Assembly: GCA_050013675.1 (NCBI GenBank)
Contig: JBEKEU010000006.1
Coordinates: forward strand, 84,477-148,476
Reading direction: 5' to 3'
DNA length: 64,000 nt
Source of the DNA: Sedimentisphaerales bacterium
GTDB taxonomy: Bacteria > Planctomycetota > Phycisphaerae > Sedimentisphaerales > Anaerobacaceae
Shown: positions 58,183-64,000 of the stretch, in pieces
Position numbering within the stretch: position 1 is the stretch's first letter
Layout of the letters: the number at the start of each line of letters is the position of its first letter
Translations under genes and position numbers: made by a program
Notes under the pieces: generated by a model
What the model was told of the DNA's origin: nothing
Database searches by the model: none
The model's input: only the letters and a program-made list of their open reading frames with translations

Positions 58183-58472
58183 AGTTCACCTCTGGCAAAT
58201 TCGCCTTTTTCCTTCGTTGTCGCCTTCCTTGCTGAAATAATCCTGATTTGCCTTCCCTGGCTGTCAAAACAATATGAAACAACCAGCAATCGCAGTCGGC
58301 AGTCAAACCCCAGCATCAGGAACCTGTCTTCATCAGCCGAATGGTCCGGGTCAAAGAACTCTTTGGCATTCTCATCAAAGAATACCGTTGAGGCGTCTTT
58401 GAAGGAAACCCCGTGTTTTTTGAGGTTCTGCGCCGCCTTTCGGTCGTCCCAGGAAAATGTTATCTTTCCCAT
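58179..58472 (-). CDS. brnT: BrnT-family ribonuclease toxin
   Basis: 97 aa. FSWDDRKAAQNLKKHGVSFKDASTVF and IRIISARKATTKE are BrnT (DUF497) signatures. Confidence 0.85.
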   Translation of the reverse strand: MGKITFSWDDRKAAQNLKKHGVSFKDASTVFFDENAKEFFDPDHSADEDRFLMLGFDCRLRLLVVSYCFDSQGRQIRIISARKATTKEKGEFARGEL

Positions 58473-58530
58473 AATTATATTATATTGCTTTCGGCATTAC
58501 GGTTCAAGGAAATTAAAAAAAATCGTCGAT

Positions 58531-58562
58531 GGCCAGACGGTTTTTTGACGCAGATTGCCTCC
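58531..58562 (+). repeat. dispersed intergenic element flanking the BrnTA module (upstream side)
   Basis: GGCCAGACGG-T6-GACGCAGATT, a direct repeat of 57888-57917. Confidence 0.8.
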
Positions 58563-58695
58563 AAACCCTTGCTAATTGCAGGGATTTCGCAATAATTCGA
58601 ATGCAAATGCAATATTATCAGGTTCCCAAGCGTCAGTAGCTGTATTGAAGAAATAAACGGCTTATCATTTTTGGAAATCGCTGATTGCGGAAAGG

Positions 58696-59388
58696 ATGGA
58701 CAATATGAAAATCGATTGCATAAAAAAGACGATGGTAATTTTGGCCGCACTGACTTTTGGTTGTGCCGTAGCTTTTACAGGGTCTGCCCCGGATCCCAAT
58801 TCGCCCGCGCACAGGAATAAAGGTCCGGCTGCACAAAGGCCCGCTCGCGAGTTTTTGCAGGAGCTTAGCGAGAAACTGAATCTCACGGACGCACAGAAGG
58901 CCGCCATCAAACCGATTCTGGCGACCGAGGCCAACGAAATAAAGGCCGTTCACCAGGATAGTTCGCTTTCAACTGAGCAAAAACAAGCGAAAATCAAAGA
59001 AATTCGGGACAGCAGCAGGGAAAAGATAAACGCGCTGCTGACACCCGAGCAGCAGAAAACATTTGCCGAAATGAAGGGTGAAGCGGGCGGCAGAATGCGT
59101 GAAGCATTCCATAACCGGCTGGCTATGATAGCTGAAAAACTGAACCTCACGGACGAACAGAAGACCGCCATCAAACCGATTCTGGCGACCGAGGTCAATG
59201 ATATGACAGCTGTCATGCAGGACAATTCTCTCTCTAAGGAACAAAAGCAAACTAAAATCGCTGGCATTCGGGAGGCCTCAGACACAAAGATAAACGCGCT
59301 GCTGACCCCCGAACAGCAGGCCAAATGGGCCAAACTAAAAGAAAACGCAAAACAGGAGCGTAATAAAAAGGATGCACCGGGCAAATAA
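58696..59388 (+). CDS. periplasmic Spy/CpxP-like (LTxxQ) repeat protein
   Basis: 230 aa. Signal peptide plus two copies of LNLTD.QK.AIKPILATE...QK..KI..IR......KINALLTPEQQ. Start may be ATG at 58705. Confidence 0.6.
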   Translation: MDNMKIDCIKKTMVILAALTFGCAVAFTGSAPDPNSPAHRNKGPAAQRPAREFLQELSEKLNLTDAQKAAIKPILATEANEIKAVHQDSSLSTEQKQAKIKEIRDSSREKINALLTPEQQKTFAEMKGEAGGRMREAFHNRLAMIAEKLNLTDEQKTAIKPILATEVNDMTAVMQDNSLSKEQKQTKIAGIREASDTKINALLTPEQQAKWAKLKENAKQERNKKDAPGK

Positions 59389-59455
59389 GCCCAGTGGCCG
59401 GCAAAAACCTGCTGACAGTTATTACCATACTGTCTGCTGAATACGACATAAAAAA

Positions 59456-59486
59456 GACAGGAGTTGAAAAGCTCCTGTCTTTTTAT
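59456..59486. terminator. bidirectional rho-independent terminator
   Basis: GACAGGAG / CTCCTGTC hairpin flanked by AAAAA and TTTTT, between convergent genes. Confidence 0.65.
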
Positions 59487-59644
59487 TTGTGCGACAAGTG
59501 GCCATGGGGGCAGGATAGCATATAAGTATATGCGTATATACTTATGGAGTGCTCCAACAGTCGAGGTTTTTGAGACACGGATTACCTATTGCGGTAAACA
59601 CTCTTTAGTTTCGCTTACATTACGTCTTCATTGCGGCAGCAGGC

Positions 59645-60040
59645 CTATGCCCACAGGTCTTGTATATCCTCATCGGACTGGAGCCAGTTTGTCGCCTTTT
59701 CAAAATCGGTGAACGCCATAACGGTAAATCTGTCGATATTCGCGCACATCTCCAAAAAAACAGCTTTGTTGAATTGTTCATCATCTCTTGCAATGACGGC
59801 GATCTTACTTCGGAATGCCTCCTTGTGTCGCCCAAGTTCAAGAATCAGCTCATGCAAGTCGGCATGATCCATGTTGCTGTGGACTTCCCGCAAGTCTAAC
59901 AGCAGCTCATGGTCTCCGATTAGATGCTCCATCTTCGCGATTTGACCGAGCACTTTTTTGCTCTCATCAAGGTCTATCTCGCCGGTGGGCTTGGCCTTTA
60001 TGAAATCCTTGGCTTGAATTATCTTATAGTTTACCCGCAT
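59645..60040 (-). CDS. hypothetical protein (possibly STAS-like)
   Basis: Start trimmed to MRVNYKIIQ (60040). The longer track ORF runs through a CACAGAG repeat element. The fold guess is weak. Confidence 0.4.
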   Translation of the reverse strand: MRVNYKIIQAKDFIKAKPTGEIDLDESKKVLGQIAKMEHLIGDHELLLDLREVHSNMDHADLHELILELGRHKEAFRSKIAVIARDDEQFNKAVFLEMCANIDRFTVMAFTDFEKATNWLQSDEDIQDLWA

Positions 60041-60351
60041 TTTCCCGCATCCTGAATAATCCTGCTTTTGTTCCACATATACTCTACTTATGGCACAGGT
60101 TTCCGACGATTTTATCCTGCCATTAAGATAATAGCAATAAGGTGGATTTTTTCGCCACAGAGAACACAGAGAGCACAGGGAATTCATTTTTTTTTAGACG
60201 CCGATTGCGCAGATTCCGCAGAGAATATGTTTAGCCCGGCAACTTTATTGCCGGGTCCCGCCTCCATAACTCAAAACTAAACACTCAACACTCAAAACTA
60301 ACATTTGACACCTCGTTTGTGAAAATCTATAGTGGGTTTGTCAGGAGGATT

Positions 60352-60412
60352 TTGCCGTTATCGCCTTATGGCGATAAGCTTTTTTGACCTGCCGGTTTTA
60401 TCTTTGAATCGC
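60352..60412 (-). repeat. 61-nt inverted repeat, right copy
   Basis: Reverse complement GCGATTCAAAGATAAAACCGGCAGGTCAAAAAAGCTTATCGCCATAAGGCGATAACGGCAA versus 53956-54016: 59/61 identical. Confidence 0.92.
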
Positions 60413-60421
60413 TCCTATGCT

Positions 60422-60910
60422 CTATTTTTGTTTCTGTTTATTGTAATATTTACACACTAAACGATCATAACGATGTATGTAGTCCCTGATATTGTGATAT
60501 TTATTTACAATGACAGCTTTAGCTTCCAGCCGTAACGTCTCATCGTCCGGAACCTGATTGATTTGTTCCAAATTTGCCGCATCTATCCTCCCTCTGAGAA
60601 AGATATTGGCTTTTTGATGCGCTTTAATTTCTACGCCAAATAAATCTATTGCCTTCATAGAAGCACTATGGATATAACCAGTCGCTTCTACTCTATCGAC
60701 CTCGATTGGAAAAGGGTTATTATTTCTAACATCAAGTATAATATTAAACTGCGACTGATACTTATCGCACCAAACTTCCACCGTGCCCTCTTGAGCGGAC
60801 ACAAAAACCTCAATGTTCTTTTTTGTTCTTCCGGGAGAATACAACCAAAAACTAATTATTTTCGGCAAATGAGAGATTAATTTTAATAAGATGTCTATGA
60901 CCCATTCCAT
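60422..60910 (-). CDS. orphan 162-aa protein (N-terminal hydrophobic helix + beta-rich domain)
   Basis: AT-rich ORF immediately downstream of the R-M pair and of repeat copy 3. NNNPFPIEVDRVEATGY loosely resembles LEA_2/WHy-type domains. No firm family. Confidence 0.5.
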   Translation of the reverse strand: MEWVIDILLKLISHLPKIISFWLYSPGRTKKNIEVFVSAQEGTVEVWCDKYQSQFNIILDVRNNNPFPIEVDRVEATGYIHSASMKAIDLFGVEIKAHQKANIFLRGRIDAANLEQINQVPDDETLRLEAKAVIVNKYHNIRDYIHRYDRLVCKYYNKQKQK

Positions 60911-60944
60911 AATTTACTTGCCACAAATAAAATACTAAATTTTG

Positions 60945-60977
60945 TGCCAGTTTGTAGGCAATTTGCTCGTCGAGGAT
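60945..60977 (-). repeat. copy 3 of the 'methyltransferase 3'-end' repeat (relic, inverted orientation)
   Basis: The minus strand reads ATCCTCGACGAGCAAATTGCCTACAAACTGGCA (ILDEQIAYKLA), 29/33 identical to 52286-52318. It overlaps the stop of the endonuclease gene. Confidence 0.85.
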
Positions 60978-61546
60978 TACGAATCGACACCGATAATGAG
61001 AACGGGGATGTCGATGTTTGAAACGCCGCGATGTTCCAAATCCCAAACGAATTGCTCAAAGTATGAAACACCGGTTGACATCTGATCCGCAAACCGCTTC
61101 ACGGGAACTATTTCCACTCCGGCGTCAATGAATCCAAGGTTTTTGAAGATTGTCATCTTGGCACAGACGTTATAGACCATGAAGGCATATTTTCCGAACT
61201 GCACTTCCACACCAAGATTTTCTTTCAAAAAATCCATTTCCCGGAATGCGCCTTTATTGAGCGTTTCCGGCTTATAGCCGGGCCGGTAATACTGTGTGGG
61301 ATACTGGCACGGAACTTTTTGACAGCTCCAGCCCGATGCAAAAAACTTCTCTTTGAATTTTTTATTGAGAGCAACAGGACTAAAAAGACGCCGACCTCGC
61401 ATCGTCTTTTCCTTACTGATTTTCTTCATACAAGCGGAACTGTCAACCTGCCGGATTACTTCATAAACCTCTTTGACTAATTTTGAGTGGTGTTTAGCGA
61501 GATACGCGTTACCCTTATTGAATGAATATTCTCCGGCAATAATCAC
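60977..61546 (-). CDS. putative type II restriction endonuclease, BglII/BstYI-like
   Basis: 189 aa. 4-nt overlap with the upstream methyltransferase. MDFLKENLGVEVQFGK gives D-X8-E-X-Q, the spacing of the BglII catalytic residues (D84, E93, Q95). Confidence 0.6.
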   Translation of the reverse strand: MIIAGEYSFNKGNAYLAKHHSKLVKEVYEVIRQVDSSACMKKISKEKTMRGRRLFSPVALNKKFKEKFFASGWSCQKVPCQYPTQYYRPGYKPETLNKGAFREMDFLKENLGVEVQFGKYAFMVYNVCAKMTIFKNLGFIDAGVEIVPVKRFADQMSTGVSYFEQFVWDLEHRGVSNIDIPVLIIGVDS

Positions 61547-62529
61547 AGAAGGGTTTCCTCCTTATCCCAAATTGCAGGACGCCGGCTTACCTTTTCTCGC
61601 CCTGTTGGCGTAAAAACCGGCTTGCCCAAGGGACGTGTCTTTAACGTTCCTTCAGCCAGCATCTGGAGACGTTTTCGGCATATATCCAGATATTTTTCTT
61701 CGCGGTCGCACCCGACAGCACGCCGATTATGTTTCGCCGCCGCGATGAGGGTTGATCCGACGCCGGCATACGGGTCGTAAATCCAGTCGTCCTCTTTGGT
61801 CAAAGCCAGAACACAACGCTCAACCAATTCCACGGGAAACTGGCAGGGATGGATAGTTTTTTCCGGATGATTCGCTTTGACGTTCGGGATGTCCCATATC
61901 AGACGCTCCCAGTCTTCAGCAACAATCTTCCAAACATCGGAAGGATTCTTGCCTAAAGGATTACCCGAAGGAAATCCTTTTTTGTCACCCTTGAAATGAC
62001 ATTTCCCAGGATACTTGGCGGGCACCCTTACCGGATCTAAGTTAAAAATATAATTATCCGACTTGGTAAACCAAAGGATAGTTTCATACCGACCGGAAAA
62101 ACGCAAACTGCAATGTAATCCATGCTCGAAATGCCAGATAATTCGATTGCGAAGTTGCAATCCCTTCGACTTGAACAAATCATAGAAATAAATATCAAGC
62201 GGAAATACTTCGCCGTTTTCAACGTAGTTGCCCACCTGCCAGCAAATGCTCCCGTCATGCTTTAGGCAACGCGCAAGTTCGCCTATTAATGGTTCCTGTT
62301 GAGCGAGGTATTCCTTCAGCGACGATTTGTGCTCATATTCCTTCCCGATGTTATAGGGAGGCGAGGTAATGATTAGCGAAAAGAAATCTTTTGGAAGAGA
62401 ACTCGCAAAAGCCAAAGCATCATCACAGGCCATCACGAGATTTGCCTCAGGCGTGAATTTATCAGATATTTCAAAGCTGCCGCCAAATAGCGACCTCATC
62501 CGTGAACTGGTTCTATATTCCCTTATCAT
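61543..62529 (-). CDS. beta-class DNA methyltransferase (N4-cytosine/N6-adenine, SPPY type)
   Basis: 328 aa. IITSPPYNIG (motif IV) precedes DPYAGVGSTLIAA (motif I). Confidence 0.88.
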   Translation of the reverse strand: MIREYRTSSRMRSLFGGSFEISDKFTPEANLVMACDDALAFASSLPKDFFSLIITSPPYNIGKEYEHKSSLKEYLAQQEPLIGELARCLKHDGSICWQVGNYVENGEVFPLDIYFYDLFKSKGLQLRNRIIWHFEHGLHCSLRFSGRYETILWFTKSDNYIFNLDPVRVPAKYPGKCHFKGDKKGFPSGNPLGKNPSDVWKIVAEDWERLIWDIPNVKANHPEKTIHPCQFPVELVERCVLALTKEDDWIYDPYAGVGSTLIAAAKHNRRAVGCDREEKYLDICRKRLQMLAEGTLKTRPLGKPVFTPTGREKVSRRPAIWDKEETLL

Positions 62530-63038
62530 AACTGTTAGTTTAAATCATGCTCGATAATTTGCAAGAGAACATTCGTAACTGCAAATCATAGGAAAAGCTT
62601 TTCTAACGAGGCCTGTCCCAGTTTTTAATGTAAAAACAAGGATTATTGCGTTTTTGAGGCCATTTTGGGCCTATTTTTTGCATGTTTTTCAGGCCGACCT
62701 TTCGCTGTAACCTTTTGCGGAATAAGGACATAAAACAGGACTAAAAAAGTCGTATAAAACAACTGTATCAAACATTTGTATGATACATTTGTTCACCAAA
62801 AGCGCGCAAGTGTTTTTTGGCAAATCCGGGAAATTCTGAAAATTTTTTTACTCCTTATACCATAACAAGTTAAGTGCATTTCGAGGCATCCCCAAAATCG
62901 GATTTTTCGTCAAAAGCGCGCAAGTTCGCGCCAATTATAGAGGGACGCGCGAAGCGGGTCGCTTCGCGAGAAAGTAGAAAGTTGAGCAGGAGAACAGGAG
63001 AAAGGGAATTTAAGATTTGAGATTTGAAAGTAACCCAC

Positions 63039-63061
63039 GCAATAAATTGCGGGGCTAAATT
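63039..63061 (+). promoter_or_regulatory. conserved upstream motif CAATAAATTG-GGGGCTAAATT (copy B)
   Basis: GCAATAAATTGCGGGGCTAAATT, 25 nt upstream of the HNH-AP2 start. Matches 37120-37142. Confidence 0.35.
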
Positions 63062-63085
63062 GCAAAGATACGAAGGGAGGATATT

Positions 63086-63661
63086 ATGTCAAGTATCACA
63101 ATCAAAGTTCCAAACTGGTTAGACCGTATTTGCGCGTGGCCGGTGGTGGCTTATCGGCAATTGAAGTTCGGCTACCCATTTCGCAAAATTCCTCTCGGCG
63201 AAGGCAGATTCACCCTTGTTGACCCCGCGCTCTTTTATCGGCTCAATATCTTCCAGTGGTACGCAGATGGAAAGAGCGAGAAAATCTATGCCGTCAGGAA
63301 TATAATATCGGCTAATGAAAATTCAAGAACTATGCGATTACACAGGGAAATTATGAATGTTCCACCAGGCATTTTGGTGGACCATAGAAACGGCGACACA
63401 TTAGACAATAGAAGAACCAATCTGCGTTTGGCAACTTGTTCACAGAATTCCTGTAACAGACAAAAGACAAAATCAAAAACCTCTTCTCGATTTATCGGCG
63501 TTTCTTTTGACAAACACAAGGTCGTGTGGACTGCCTATATCAGTTTTCACAGGAAAAGAATATGGTTAGGGTGTTTCAAAACCGAAATCGCAGCCGCGAA
63601 GGCGCATGATGAGGCGGCGAAAAAGTATCACGATGAGTTCGCCCGGCTCAACTTTGTTTAG
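63086..63661 (+). CDS. HNH endonuclease with AP2/ERF-type DNA-binding domain (homing-endonuclease-like)
   Basis: 191 aa. VDHRNGDTLDNRRTNLRLATCSQNSCN (HNH) followed by SRFIGVSFDKHKVVWTAYISFHRKRIWLGCFKTEIAAAKAHDEAAKKYHDEFARLNF (AP2). GGGAGG RBS. Confidence 0.85.
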   Translation: MSSITIKVPNWLDRICAWPVVAYRQLKFGYPFRKIPLGEGRFTLVDPALFYRLNIFQWYADGKSEKIYAVRNIISANENSRTMRLHREIMNVPPGILVDHRNGDTLDNRRTNLRLATCSQNSCNRQKTKSKTSSRFIGVSFDKHKVVWTAYISFHRKRIWLGCFKTEIAAAKAHDEAAKKYHDEFARLNFV

Positions 63662-63840
63662 CGTGCAGCGGGCAGCGTTCAGGCAAGAAACCACGAAATA
63701 CTAAATACGAAAGACGAACGACGTTCCACCGATTTCCACTGGCATTAGGGTTGCGGTTGAGTATAATCTGACGAAAGCGCCGGCCCGGCCTGTCTCGAGC
63801 GAAGTCGAGGGGATGGCCGTAGTGAATAATCATTGAGGAT

Positions 63841-64000
63841 ATGAGCGCAAAGACGGCAAAATTGATTTTGATTGCGATTGCACTGTATATGCCGGTCAAT
63901 TCGGCTGGTGCGATTGACAACACACAGGCGAAAGCGTTCGCGGGCCGGGACGTTCAAATCAACGCGGACAAATTAACTAATTATCACGACGCCAACGGCA
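63841..64000 (+). CDS. 5' end of a secreted hypothetical protein (runs off right edge)
   Basis: ATG at 63841 reads MSAKTAKLILIAIALYMPVNSAGA|IDN..., a signal-peptide-like sequence. No stop before the window end. The RBS spacing is short, so the start is uncertain. Confidence 0.35.
   Translation, partial: MSAKTAKLILIAIALYMPVNSAGAIDNTQAKAFAGRDVQINADKLTNYHDANG

Noticed and set aside
58950-59384. 144-aa minus-strand ORF
   Set aside because: Antisense to the Spy-like gene. It mirrors that gene's internal duplication, so it is a shadow frame.
60041-60187. 49-codon N-terminal extension of the 59645-60187 ORF
   Set aside because: It runs through the CACAGAG repeat element and is Cys/Ser/Leu-rich. 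An internal ATG at 60040 is preferred.

Overview
This 64-kb bacterial chromosomal window is mostly GC-rich. By gene content (HAF-repeat/PEP-CTERM protein, ECF sigma, orphan PilT, large HEAT and AsmA-like proteins) it looks Planctomycetota/Phycisphaerae-like, but that is inference only.

Layout:
- 1-10.6 kb, minus strand: the classical tRNA-Thr, tuf, rpmG, tRNA-Trp, secE, nusG, rplKAJL, rpoB, rpoC cluster. rpoC runs off the left edge. rpmG and both tRNAs are absent from the ORF track and were read by hand.
- 10.9-29 kb, housekeeping: HEAT lipoprotein, xerD-like, galE, hexokinase, ribBA, nfnAB-like, HAF/PEP-CTERM protein, ftsW-murG, PIN-TRAM protein, ispG.
- 29.6-41.4 kb, a sugar-acid/central-carbon block bracketed by two csp genes: PPi-PFK, UxaE-like, SDR, HAD, LarA-like, gnd, uxaC. 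It is interrupted by an AT-rich orphan GIY-YIG-like gene.
- 41.8-50.6 kb: rpsB-tsf-pyrH-frr, an AsmA-like giant protein, YihY, LysE and YjbQ.
- 50.8-63.7 kb, the unusual part: an apparent defence island with mirror-image architecture.

The island: a methyltransferase fused to an Mrr-like nuclease sits on the left (+ strand). A BglII-like type II R-M pair sits on the right (- strand). Each is followed by AT-rich orphan ORFs with no family I can recognise (94, 395 and 162 aa). These orphan cassettes are delimited by three copies of a 33-38 nt sequence identical to the methyltransferase 3' end, and by a 61-nt inverted-repeat pair (59/61 identical). The two arms face each other across a GC-rich 6.3-kb segment carrying ECF sigma/anti-sigma, pilT, a repeat-flanked BrnTA toxin-antitoxin and a Spy-like protein. 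An HNH-AP2 endonuclease closes the island.

Several families of short dispersed intergenic repeats are also visible. All family assignments come from motif recognition by eye; no searches were run.
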